From the IMG/VR virus record IMGVR_UViG_3300044731_000564, positions 1 through 59,800 of that record: DNA of 59,800 nt, one strand, 5' to 3'. The translations under genes were made by a program, and so were the position numbers. Under the pieces are notes generated by a model, which was given only the letters and a program-made list of their open reading frames with translations, ran no database searches and had not been told where the DNA came from. This DNA comes from a virus (lineage: Duplodnaviria; Caudoviricetes). Each line of letters starts with the position of its first letter. Position 1 is the first letter of the stretch. Positions 1 through 8,917 of this stretch are shown one piece after another.

Positions 1-155
1 TAGTATTGGAATTGCTATGTATTTTAGTTTGCAAATGGGTTATTTGTGGTTCGTTCCTATGGTTATTATGTAGTGGTAAATGGTGTGTTTTATGTGTTTT
101 ATTGTTAGTTCGTCGGATTGTTTTAAGCCATAATGTAGCTACTTTTGATTTACTA

Positions 156-192
156 TTGATTAAATCATTGATTTTATAGTTGATTAAATCAA
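156..192. promoter_or_regulatory. Paired operator-like near-palindromes TTGATTAAATCA
   Basis: Identical 12-mers at 156-167 and 180-191, directly upstream of the -7 box of ORF 215. Confidence 0.5.
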
Positions 193-202
193 ATAATAAT
201 TA

Positions 203-210
203 TATATTTG
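203..210 (+). promoter_or_regulatory. Bacteroidota -7 promoter element (TATATTTG)
   Basis: Matches TAnnTTTG; followed by CATT-ATG (start at 215). Confidence 0.6.
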
Positions 211-214
211 CATT

Positions 215-643
215 ATGGAATCAAAATCGAATAAAGGGGGCAAAAGAAATAACGCAGGTAGAAAGCGAACGTCTAACCCTAAAAAGGCAATTGTAATTTA
301 TGTAGATAGAAGTAATATTTTAAAGTTTGGTAGTGAGGAAAAAGTTAAGGAAAAGGTTTATGGCTTTATAAATAGTTTTGGTAGCGAAATAGAAATTAAA
401 AACACTATTGATACACCAAAAACTGAAACACCTACGTATAAAGAAACCACACAATTTAACATACCAACCCAACCAATTAAATTTAGAAGAACAGAATCAT
501 TTTTTATAGCATCTATGAAGGATTTAGATAAAGATGATACAAACGCAATATTCCAATTAAAAAAAGAAGCAGAAGAAAGTACTGATATTAGTGAAAGACA
601 AAGGGTTGCTATTTTACATTCTCTAAAAAACGGGACTTATTAG
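215..643 (+). CDS. putative DNA-binding regulatory protein
   Basis: N-terminal KGGKRNNAGRKR basic motif followed by a beta-strand/helix segment, as in small phage RHH-like regulators. Confidence 0.55.
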   Translation: MESKSNKGGKRNNAGRKRTSNPKKAIVIYVDRSNILKFGSEEKVKEKVYGFINSFGSEIEIKNTIDTPKTETPTYKETTQFNIPTQPIKFRRTESFFIASMKDLDKDDTNAIFQLKKEAEESTDISERQRVAILHSLKNGTY

Positions 644-650
644 TAATTCC

Positions 651-714
651 ATCGGATAATTAAACAGTTCCATCGAATATCTTAAAAAATAATTATTGGT
701 GTGGTTAATATTGC
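651..714 (+). promoter_or_regulatory. conserved composite promoter, copy 1 (ATCGGATAATTA-N8-CATCGAATA-N25-TTAATATTGC)
   Basis: Same three blocks and same spacing recur at 10135-10198; both copies precede small-ORF clusters. Confidence 0.65.
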
Positions 715-732
715 CTTTAAAAATAAACAACC

Positions 733-1011
733 ATGATACACACAATAGACAAGAAGATTATAGAAAATAGGATTGCTTTTTTAAAGGAACAAGAACAAAT
801 TTGGAGAAATATGAATACAAAATCAGATAGTATTACTGCTGATAATATTGGTTTAATGATTTCAGAAAACGAATTAATCCTATCAAAGATAGAAGAATTG
901 GAAGTTGTAGATGGAGATAGAGTTCAAGATGGTTATGCACGTGCGCATCCATATACATCATTCTCTCAATACCTAACCGACAATAATTATCTAATAGTTA
1001 AAACTAAATAA
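733..1011 (+). CDS. hypothetical protein
   Basis: ORF with A-rich start context, first in operon. Confidence 0.7.
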   Translation: MIHTIDKKIIENRIAFLKEQEQIWRNMNTKSDSITADNIGLMISENELILSKIEELEVVDGDRVQDGYARAHPYTSFSQYLTDNNYLIVKTK

Positions 1012-1013
1012 AC

Positions 1014-1211
1014 ATGAGTGAAATAAACATGAGCGCAAAAGAAAAGGCATCTGAATTAATAGTTAATTTTCAGATAAAATGTAAGTCATTAGACTATAAT
1101 GAAGCCAAACAATGCTCTTTAATAGCAGTTGATGAAATATTAAATGTCTTATTTCAACACCACGAAATTGATTATTGGCAAGAAGTAAAAAAAGAAATTG
1201 AACTTTTTTAA
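1014..1211 (+). CDS. hypothetical phage protein
   Basis: ORF starting at junction repeat; AKEKA...AKQCSLIAVDEIL...YWQEVKKEI pattern typical of small Bacteroidota phage proteins. Confidence 0.75.
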   Translation: MSEINMSAKEKASELIVNFQIKCKSLDYNEAKQCSLIAVDEILNVLFQHHEIDYWQEVKKEIELF

Positions 1212-1230
1212 TAGTTAAAACTAAACAAAC

Positions 1231-1425
1231 ATGATAGGAAGTTATTTAGAAAAGCATGAGATAGACCAATTAAATCAATTATTAAAACATGATGATACAA
1301 TTAATTATTGGATTACCACAAGAATTAATGGTGCTTCTCCCTCTATGGCTTGTAATGGAAATATAAGTTTACAGTTATTAAAAATGTTAGACGAAAAAAT
1401 AAAACCATTAATTAAAAGTAAATAA
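1231..1425 (+). CDS. hypothetical protein
   Basis: ORF bounded by junction repeats. Confidence 0.65.
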   Translation: MIGSYLEKHEIDQLNQLLKHDDTINYWITTRINGASPSMACNGNISLQLLKMLDEKIKPLIKSK

Positions 1426-1456
1426 ATAATTATCTAATAGTTAAAACTAAATAAAC

Positions 1457-1672
1457 ATGAGTGAATATATGATAGGTTGCTCACCTTTAACGAGCAGGAT
1501 ATATGCAGGAAAAGTATTAGTCAATGGTGAGTGGGCTAAAGGAAAGAAAGATATTACTGAAATGGCAGTACTATCAGTTGCTCAACATCTACTGCAAAAA
1601 CAAGAATCAGTAACTTTTAATTATGATAATAAAAAATACAAGTTACAAGTAATAGAAATTGAAAATCTATAA
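1457..1672 (+). CDS. hypothetical phage protein
   Basis: ORF bounded by junction repeats; SPLTSRIYAG motif. Confidence 0.75.
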   Translation: MSEYMIGCSPLTSRIYAGKVLVNGEWAKGKKDITEMAVLSVAQHLLQKQESVTFNYDNKKYKLQVIEIENL

Positions 1673-1691
1673 TAGTTAAAAACACAAACAA

Positions 1692-1934
1692 ATGACTTGG
1701 AATTATAGAATATTAGCATTTGAATATTTTGATGAAGTAATGCTTAAAATATGCGAAGTGTATTATGATAAAAAAGGTAATCCTAATGGTTATATTGAAG
1801 ACAAAGGATGCTATTCAACAGAAGGCATAAAAGGTTTAAAATGGACTTTGAAAAAATATAATGAAGCACTATCAAAACCTATTTTATATGGTGATAAAAA
1901 ATTTCCTAATCAATATAAAAACCCAAACAAATGA
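1692..1934 (+). CDS. hypothetical phage protein
   Basis: MTWNYRI...EVYYD...P motif common in small phage proteins. Confidence 0.75.
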   Translation: MTWNYRILAFEYFDEVMLKICEVYYDKKGNPNGYIEDKGCYSTEGIKGLKWTLKKYNEALSKPILYGDKKFPNQYKNPNK

Positions 1935-2182
1935 CACCAAAACACAAGTACGAATTTAAAATTTACAACGGAAGAGTAAAGATATATGTTGATGGATATG
2001 TGATGTTCTCGTTCAACCAAATAGATTTCGCAGGGTATTATGCGTACAAAAATGACGAGCAACTTTACGGGTTGGATATATACCTTCTTAGAGAAAAAGC
2101 AGGGAAGTCAAGGATGGATATTTACTTCAAGACAAAGCAAAATTGGCTCTCTGTTTTAAAATTATTAGATGAAAATTTATAA
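1931..2182 (+). CDS. hypothetical protein
   Basis: ATGA-coupled ORF. Confidence 0.7.
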   Translation: MTPKHKYEFKIYNGRVKIYVDGYVMFSFNQIDFAGYYAYKNDEQLYGLDIYLLREKAGKSRMDIYFKTKQNWLSVLKLLDENL

Positions 2183-2289
2183 CCCAAAAAATAAATATTA
2201 CATACTTTAAAAAATAAAAGTAATATTTGCAATTAATAAATAACATAACACGACCTTAATGATTAATTTACATAACTTTTATAAAAAAA

Positions 2290-2364
2290 ATACCCCTGAT
2301 TCGGGTGCTGCGGTTTAATACGTCTTTGGTCGGACTAAGTTACGCACACTCGATGATGGGGTAT
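2290..2364 (+). ncRNA. putative structured leader RNA upstream of the replication operon
   Basis: GC-rich island in AT-rich intergenic DNA; nested pairing ATACCCC/GGGGTAT, TCGGGTG/CACTCGA, TGCG/CGCA. Confidence 0.45.
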
Positions 2365-2378
2365 GAATTTTTAAAGCC

Positions 2379-2579
2379 ATGAAAGAAAAATGGGTAGTAT
2401 CTCACAGCCTTATTCAAGGAAGTTATCACGTAGAACCTCTTGATAATTATTTAGAATCAAATATTTTTATACTTTTTAGTAAAAAAATACAGCCACAATT
2501 TTCTGCAATTGCAATTTTTGATACACAAGACGAGTGCTATGATTTAATTAATACTATAAAAAATAACCCCAATGGCTAA
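2379..2579 (+). CDS. hypothetical protein
   Basis: ORF overlapping the initiator start. Confidence 0.6.
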   Translation: MKEKWVVSHSLIQGSYHVEPLDNYLESNIFILFSKKIQPQFSAIAIFDTQDECYDLINTIKNNPNG

Positions 2580-3300
2580 AGGACAAGACCCTGCTTTTTT
2601 ATTTTACCCTAATGATTGGATTGGTGGAACTATGGGGATGACTTTTGAGGAAAAAGGAGCATATATGGAGTTGCTTATGTTACAATTTAATAGAGGTCAT
2701 ATGACCAAACATATGATAGGTCAAACGGTAGGTCAACTGTTTGGTCGAATTGAGGATAAATTTGTGTTAGACAAGGAAGGAAGGTACTATAACGAGAGGT
2801 TGGAATATGAAAAACAAAAGAGAGAAGACTTCACTAAGTCACGCAGAAACAACATATTAGGAGTAAATCAACACAATAAAAACAAAGAAAATAAAGAAGG
2901 TCATATGACCTCACATATGAGCAATCATATGGTAAATGTAAATAATATATATAAAGAAGGTAGTAATATAATAGATAGTAATAACAATAAAAATAAAAAT
3001 GACGAAGAAAAAAAAGAACTACACCCTCTTCAAAAAGCGATTAAGGAAAAACTACCAACCGTTTCAAAATTAAAAACACAACTAACAGAAAAGGATTGCG
3101 AAAGACTTGTAGATGAATTTGATAAAAATGTTATTTGGGAAATTTTAGAGGCAATGGAAAATAAAGCTGATTTACTAAAAAAATACAGTTCTGTGAATCT
3201 AACAATAAGAAGTTGGATTGCTATACGCAGAGAAAAAGAATTAGAAAAAGCCACAATAGGAGTAGAATACACCACAAACAACCAAATAAAACAAGGATGA
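2572..3300 (+). CDS. replication initiator (DUF1376/YdaU-like N-terminus)
   Basis: DPAFLFYPNDWIGGTMGMTFEEKGAYMELL N-terminal motif; Asn-rich linker; directly upstream of DnaB. Confidence 0.8.
   Translation: MAKGQDPAFLFYPNDWIGGTMGMTFEEKGAYMELLMLQFNRGHMTKHMIGQTVGQLFGRIEDKFVLDKEGRYYNERLEYEKQKREDFTKSRRNNILGVNQHNKNKENKEGHMTSHMSNHMVNVNNIYKEGSNIIDSNNNKNKNDEEKKELHPLQKAIKEKLPTVSKLKTQLTEKDCERLVDEFDKNVIWEILEAMENKADLLKKYSSVNLTIRSWIAIRREKELEKATIGVEYTTNNQIKQG
2694..2931. repeat. iteron-like repeats / putative replication origin inside initiator gene
   Basis: AGGTCATATGACC at 2694 and 2898 (14-bp perfect palindrome 2898-2911); CATATG at 2698, 2710 and 2902, 2914, 2926 (12-bp period); AT-rich tract follows. 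Confidence 0.65.
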
Positions 3301-4766
3301 AAATATCAGAATTAGAAACATTTGGCAAGGTTCAGCCTCACGCCTTAGATTTAGAAGAAGCGGTTTTAGGGGCTATTATCTTAGAAAGCAATTACGTGCC
3401 TAAAATTGAATTAATACTTCCGAGTGATGCTTTCTATCACCCAAGCCATAAAACTGTCTATAAATCAATCCTAAGCCTTAAAAACGCAAAGTTTAACGTT
3501 GACTTGTTGACTGTAATTGATAAATTGAGGTCAAACCAAGAATTAGACAAGATTGGAGGTGCTTATTTTGTTACAGAATTAACTAACAAGGTTACATCGT
3601 CGGCAAATGTTGAGTTTTATGCAAAAATAGTATTTCAAAAATGGGTTAATAGGGTTTTAATTGAGATGTCAAGTAAACTTATTGAAGATGCCTATACCGA
3701 TATAATTGACCCATTAGAGTTGCTTTATAAGTCGCAAAAGAAACTTACCGATGTTGTTGAAAAAATAATAGGTCAGAAGCAAGTAGAGATGCGAAATGTT
3801 TATTTTGGCGCAATAAATAATATTGCAGAAAGGTTTACTAATAAAGATACGATTCAATTTACGGGTAATCCAACGGGATTTAGAAAGTTTGATAGAATGG
3901 TTGGAGGTAGAAAAAAATCAGAGTTTGTTATAGTAGGGGCTAGACCATCTATGGGAAAATCAACATTTACTTTACAAGAAGCGGTTACAATGGCAAACGA
4001 ATTTAAGATACCTGTTTGTTATTTTTCTATTGAGATGTCAGCACATCAAATGATTATAAAAACGGCAGCACATTTAGCAAAGGTTAATAGTGAAAATATT
4101 GAAAGGGGTCAGATAAATAATAGCGAATATGAAAATGTAATTCAGAAGTTAACAGAACTGATGGATGATAATATGCTTATTATTGATGATGGCACAGCAC
4201 CAACGATTACAGAGATAAAAACAAAAGCTGCCTTATATAAAGAAAAATACGGAATACAAGCAATATACATTGACTATCTTCAACTTGTAAGACCAACAGA
4301 AAAGGGAAGAACACGCGACCAAGAGATAGACGAAATAGGTAGAGGGCTAAAAGAACTTGCAAAGGACTTGGATATGCCTGTAATAGCGTTATCACAACTT
4401 AGCAGAGAGGTAGAAAAAAGAGCAGATAAAAGACCTATGCTATCAGATTTAAGGGATGGTGGTAATATTGAGGGTCATGCAGACGTAGTAAACTTTTTAT
4501 ACAGACCCGAATATTATGGAATATCGGTATATCTTAATAATAGTGAATTTTATGGATTAACAGAAGTAATAACGGCTAAAAATAGAAATGGAAAAATAGG
4601 TGTAAGTTACTTTAAGTTTAATAAAGAAATATCTACATTTGAAGAATTATCAGATAATGATGAGTATGAATTAAATAAACAGTCTTCTACCATAAAAAAA
4701 CAAGCAGCAGAATCAAAAGATTGGACAAAACCTAAAAGTAAAAATTCAGACGATATACCATTCTAA
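3297..4766 (+). CDS. dnaB: replicative DNA helicase DnaB
   Basis: PHALDLEEAVLG, Walker A GARPSMGKS, IDYLQL, ALSQLSR, RPMLSDLR, KNRNG; start placed at the ATGA overlap with the initiator stop; ends in SSB-like DDIPF. Confidence 0.97.
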   Translation: MKISELETFGKVQPHALDLEEAVLGAIILESNYVPKIELILPSDAFYHPSHKTVYKSILSLKNAKFNVDLLTVIDKLRSNQELDKIGGAYFVTELTNKVTSSANVEFYAKIVFQKWVNRVLIEMSSKLIEDAYTDIIDPLELLYKSQKKLTDVVEKIIGQKQVEMRNVYFGAINNIAERFTNKDTIQFTGNPTGFRKFDRMVGGRKKSEFVIVGARPSMGKSTFTLQEAVTMANEFKIPVCYFSIEMSAHQMIIKTAAHLAKVNSENIERGQINNSEYENVIQKLTELMDDNMLIIDDGTAPTITEIKTKAALYKEKYGIQAIYIDYLQLVRPTEKGRTRDQEIDEIGRGLKELAKDLDMPVIALSQLSREVEKRADKRPMLSDLRDGGNIEGHADVVNFLYRPEYYGISVYLNNSEFYGLTEVITAKNRNGKIGVSYFKFNKEISTFEELSDNDEYELNKQSSTIKKQAAESKDWTKPKSKNSDDIPF

Positions 4767-4778
4767 AACAAAAACAAT

Positions 4779-5081
4779 ATGAAATTCAAACATAATGAAA
4801 AATTTAATTATCAAGATGATGTGCCATTAGAATTTTTCAAAAATAAATTATCAAGACTTGTTTATAAAGGAAGCGATTTAGGTCGATTTGAATTTATGAT
4901 ACCTGTTTGTTGGGATGGTAAAGAATTGTTAAATGTAAGAGTAGGTGATGAAAATAAAATGACAGATAGACCCTATATTGTATTTTATGAATTTATAGAA
5001 GTAGAAAATGAATCATATAACATTGTAAATCTTTATAGAGGCAAAAACCCATTGTATAAATCTGAAAATAAAAACGTATGA
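4779..5081 (+). CDS. hypothetical protein
   Basis: ORF in operon. Confidence 0.65.
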   Translation: MKFKHNEKFNYQDDVPLEFFKNKLSRLVYKGSDLGRFEFMIPVCWDGKELLNVRVGDENKMTDRPYIVFYEFIEVENESYNIVNLYRGKNPLYKSENKNV

Positions 5082-5356
5082 TAGGACAACAACTTTCACC
5101 AATACTTTTAGAAATAGAAGAAATTATAATAGAGAATGAAGTAAACTTAGGTATTAAGCCAAATTACAATAAGGAAGCACTTAGGTCGGCTACAAAAATA
5201 TTCATGTCGGTAATAACTGATAAGATGTGGGAATTACAACAATTAGAAAACATAGATATTGAAGATAGAGGTAATATGGCTATTAAATGTGGAAAAGAAC
5301 TTAGAGCCTTTGTAAAAAAGTTTACCGATATAGATACACATGAACTTTATAAATAA
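5078..5356 (+). CDS. hypothetical protein
   Basis: ATGA-coupled ORF. Confidence 0.7.
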   Translation: MIGQQLSPILLEIEEIIIENEVNLGIKPNYNKEALRSATKIFMSVITDKMWELQQLENIDIEDRGNMAIKCGKELRAFVKKFTDIDTHELYK

Positions 5357-5362
5357 TTATAA

Positions 5363-5761
5363 ATGGAAAACAAAATAAAACATATTTACGAAGTAGGAGA
5401 TAATATAAAAATTGTTAAGTATGGTCAGTTAATGTGGCAAAACAAAAAAGGTTATGCCGAAATGATTGCAAGTTCAAAACAATTTCAAAGGAAATGGGAT
5501 ATGAAACTATTTGGAATAGATGCTGAAAATGAGCCATTGGTTATAGATGAAAATGTAAAGCCTGACAACATAATTTCCGAAACAGAATTAATTTGGAATT
5601 ATGATAGGTGTCCTCAATTTGTAGGGATAGAAGATGTTATAGATAAAGTTTCAATTATACAAGGAACACCAAAATATAGTTTAGTAAAAACAGGTTCATG
5701 GTTTGTTGAAGAACAACTTGAACTAATAAATAAAAATTCAAATAAAACTACAAATGATTAA
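5363..5761 (+). CDS. hypothetical protein
   Basis: ORF in operon. Confidence 0.7.
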   Translation: MENKIKHIYEVGDNIKIVKYGQLMWQNKKGYAEMIASSKQFQRKWDMKLFGIDAENEPLVIDENVKPDNIISETELIWNYDRCPQFVGIEDVIDKVSIIQGTPKYSLVKTGSWFVEEQLELINKNSNKTTND

Positions 5762-5957
5762 ACTTCTTTCTTCTTTGCTCTATGAATAAATTTTTATGTT
5801 CCAATAAAACGTATGACAACTCGTAATTTTCGTCTGAATCACTTATTTCAATTTGAGCGTCGATGTACTCTATTACTTTCTGATAATCTTTTTTATCATT
5901 CTTGTAAATAAAACTTATCTGATGCTTTATCTCACTTGGTAACTCAACCTTTCTCAT
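5748..5957 (-). CDS. hypothetical protein (lone minus-strand gene)
   Basis: Fills a gap with no + strand ORF; helical, protein-like composition; divergent from the glycan cluster. Confidence 0.6.
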   Translation of the reverse strand: MRKVELPSEIKHQISFIYKNDKKDYQKVIEYIDAQIEISDSDENYELSYVLLEHKNLFIEQRRKKFNHL

Positions 5958-6026
5958 ATTAAAAATAAATATAAAATTACATCAAAATAATAAACTTAAT
6001 TTTAACCAAAATAAATATATAGGATT

Positions 6027-7562
6027 ATGAAAATTTGTATTACAACTGCTTACGATAGAAATTACAAAGAAGCAGGTAAAACACTATTCAATTCAATTAG
6101 AAGGCATACTAATTGTGAAGGGATAGATTTTAAAGTTATTACTTCCGACTTAGAAGTACTAAAGGAGTTGGGAAAAGAAAATTGTCACTTTGTTACTCCC
6201 GAAATAAAACTAAGATATAAAAATGTTAAGTATATCAAAGAACTTCCCGTAGAAAAATATGCTTCTTCGTGGTATAGGTTTGAAATTTTTAATATGCCCG
6301 AATACGATAGAGTTATTTGTATTGATTCTGACTGTATATGTGTTCAAGATATTTCTTACTTGTTTAGCGAAGAATTAAATGAATACGATTTAATATCTGT
6401 GGAAGACCACATTGTATCCAAAGTGTTTACTAAGTGTATGGATGAATTAGAGAAACAACAACTTTGTAATTTAATTAATCTTAGAAAAAGGATAAAGGAT
6501 GGTAAAGTAGACATTCAACCTGCCTTATTGGTTGCCAATAAAAGCATAGTCAATAAGACATGGTACACAAAATTATTAAACTATGCTAATACATCTCCAT
6601 TCTCTTACTCTATTGATGAAGGAGTTTTAAATGACTTTATATATATGGATAAATTAAAAATAAAATTACTTCCGTTAGAGTGGGACTATCAAGATTGCTA
6701 TGAAACAAATTGCCCTGAACTTGCAGTCCCATCTAATCCAATAATAATCCATTGCCAAGAATCTAAGCCATTTAAAAAACAAAAAATTAATTTAGATAAA
6801 AGGATGCACAAATGGCATGACCTATGGTGGGAAGAAAATAAGCCAATAAAAAATAGCAAAGAAAGTTTTATACCTGTCGATATAGAAACATCTATTACAA
6901 TTAAAAATAGTGTTTTAGATAAGATAGCAATTAAACATGAATCAGATAAATCTTCAAGATTTCATAACTATGCGGTAAAATACGACAAGATATTATCGCC
7001 ATACAGAGATACATTTAAGTCAATATTAGAAATTGGGGTATCTCGTGGGCAGTCAGTTTCTATGTGGGCTGACTATTTTTCAAAAGCTATAATTCATGGT
7101 GCTGATATTTCAAAGGCATCTCAAATTTGCGAAGCATATTCTGATAGAATTAAATTTCATTTGCTTGACCAAAGAAACGAATCCCAACTTAAAAACATGA
7201 AACAGTTTTCACCATTTGATTTAATTATAGATGATGGAAACCACTTTTGGCACGAGCAGATACTTACCTTTAATACTATTTTTTCATTTTTAAAAAGTGG
7301 TGGTATTTATATTGTAGAGGACACTACAACATCATATTGGAAAGAGTATAAAAATTATACTATTTCTCCAACAGAATATTTTAAAACATTAGTTGATGAT
7401 ATTAACTTAAAAGGAGCAAGGGGTGCAGTTCCAAAAAATCCACCAATAGAGTTTGGTGGATTCAAAGAGGGGTGGCATAGAAGAGAAGACTGTCATGTAA
7501 ATGTACCTGCATTTGAATCAATACAATTTATGAATGGATTTATTGTAATTTACAAAAGATAA
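6027..7562 (+). CDS. GT8-like glycosyltransferase fused to class I SAM-dependent (sugar O-) methyltransferase
   Basis: N-half: YDRVICIDSD (DxD), DEGVLN, IIHC. C-half: SDK...HNY, ILEIGVSRGQS, FDLIIDDGNH, LKSGGIYIVED. Confidence 0.88.
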   Translation: MKICITTAYDRNYKEAGKTLFNSIRRHTNCEGIDFKVITSDLEVLKELGKENCHFVTPEIKLRYKNVKYIKELPVEKYASSWYRFEIFNMPEYDRVICIDSDCICVQDISYLFSEELNEYDLISVEDHIVSKVFTKCMDELEKQQLCNLINLRKRIKDGKVDIQPALLVANKSIVNKTWYTKLLNYANTSPFSYSIDEGVLNDFIYMDKLKIKLLPLEWDYQDCYETNCPELAVPSNPIIIHCQESKPFKKQKINLDKRMHKWHDLWWEENKPIKNSKESFIPVDIETSITIKNSVLDKIAIKHESDKSSRFHNYAVKYDKILSPYRDTFKSILEIGVSRGQSVSMWADYFSKAIIHGADISKASQICEAYSDRIKFHLLDQRNESQLKNMKQFSPFDLIIDDGNHFWHEQILTFNTIFSFLKSGGIYIVEDTTTSYWKEYKNYTISPTEYFKTLVDDINLKGARGAVPKNPPIEFGGFKEGWHRREDCHVNVPAFESIQFMNGFIVIYKR

Positions 7563-7563
7563 A

Positions 7564-8883
7564 TTGATGAAAATAATAGTTGCAGTAATAATCTACGATA
7601 GATTTAATAATTTAAAATTATGGATAGACATTTGGAAACAATGTATTACAGATAATGCAGAGTTGGTTATAGTTCATAACTATAAAAATGAAGACGATAA
7701 AAAGAAGTACAAAGAGTATTGCGATGATAATAATATAGAGTGCGTTTCAAGACCAAACATAGGAATGGATATAGGCGCAATGCAAGATGTATTCATGCAG
7801 AGGCTAAAAGGATTTAATAACTCTTGGGATTATTTGCTTTGGGTTACAGATGATACAATACCTATCAATAAAAACTTTATTGAGCAGTATATTCAAAAGT
7901 TTAAAGAATCAAACAAGGTAGGAGTAGTAGCACTTGAAATATCTAATGATTTTAAAAAACATATTCGCACGTCGGGTTTTATGATACGCAAAGATTGTTC
8001 TTTAAAGATTGTGTTTGAATCGAATCCCGTTAGAACAAAAAATGATTGCTACCTATTTGAACATCTAAGTAAAAACTCATTTCTTGAACAAGTAAACAGA
8101 ATGGGTTTGATTGCAATTGATGTGTCACCAAAATTAAAAACAGCACCACTTTGGGACACCGAAATTAGGGCTTATCTAAATAGGTGGGTTGAGTTCGATA
8201 AAAACTTTGAAGACATTAAAAGAGTAAAGGACAAGGTAATAGTTATTTGCCCGATATATAATTCATACCCTCAAATTATATCATCGTTGATTTGTCAGAC
8301 ACATAAGAATTGGATTTTAGTTTTGATACATGATGGAAAGGCTTCGGGTAGTTTAAAAAATATAATAGGACACTACGCTGATTCAAGGATTATATTTTTA
8401 GAATCGGAAACAAGAAAAGGCAATTGGGGACACTTTTACAGACAGTTTGGAATTGATAATATCGACAACCTTGTTCCCGATGCAGAATATGTAGTTATAA
8501 CAAATGCAGACAACTACCACGTTCCTACCTACCTTGAAAAGATGATGGAAGGTTTTATTACACAAGATATAGTTGCTACCTACTGTTCAACAATGGTTCA
8601 TAGCTACCTTTCTCCACAACAAGTAACCTATTTAGAGGTAGGACAACAGTCATCAACAGAACTAAGGTGGGAAGATTATACATGGGGAACAAATCAATGT
8701 AAACTTGAATTTGGAAGAATTGACTGTGCAGGGATAATGGTTAAAAAAGAGTGCGCTCAAAAGGTAGGGTGGAACGATATTGTAACACATAGTAGCGATT
8801 GGACTTACATATCCGATATTATAAAAGAGTACGGAGAAAAGAGAATTAACAAGGTTAATGGTTGCCTACTTGTTCACAATTAA
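7564..8883 (+). CDS. two-domain GT-A (GT2-like) glycosyltransferase
   Basis: RPNIGMDIGA and WVTDD in N-domain; VIVICPIYN, LIHDG, ITNADNY, SDW in C-domain. Confidence 0.85.
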   Translation: MMKIIVAVIIYDRFNNLKLWIDIWKQCITDNAELVIVHNYKNEDDKKKYKEYCDDNNIECVSRPNIGMDIGAMQDVFMQRLKGFNNSWDYLLWVTDDTIPINKNFIEQYIQKFKESNKVGVVALEISNDFKKHIRTSGFMIRKDCSLKIVFESNPVRTKNDCYLFEHLSKNSFLEQVNRMGLIAIDVSPKLKTAPLWDTEIRAYLNRWVEFDKNFEDIKRVKDKVIVICPIYNSYPQIISSLICQTHKNWILVLIHDGKASGSLKNIIGHYADSRIIFLESETRKGNWGHFYRQFGIDNIDNLVPDAEYVVITNADNYHVPTYLEKMMEGFITQDIVATYCSTMVHSYLSPQQVTYLEVGQQSSTELRWEDYTWGTNQCKLEFGRIDCAGIMVKKECAQKVGWNDIVTHSSDWTYISDIIKEYGEKRINKVNGCLLVHN

Positions 8884-8917
8884 TTTTAATTCGTTATTTT
8901 TATAAAAATTTTAGTAG

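Larger units (their letters stand above)
982..1695 (+). repeat. gene-junction direct repeats (core TAATAGTTAAAA...AAAC[A]ATGA), 4 copies
   Basis: 41-bp identical copies at 982-1022 and 1425-1465; shorter variants at 1209-1234 and 1670-1695; each ends on the ATG of the next ORF. Confidence 0.85.

Noticed and set aside
2-73. Possible 3' end of a membrane-protein gene at the left edge
   Set aside because: Only 23 codons are visible, too little to support a call
982-1695. Possible CRISPR array
   Set aside because: Spacers are about 200 bp and are whole ORFs; repeats are non-palindromic and degenerate; no cas genes
3213-3296. N-terminal extension of DnaB in the ORF track
   Set aside because: Overlaps the initiator gene; ATG at 3297 gives an ATGA coupling and a normal DnaB N-terminus
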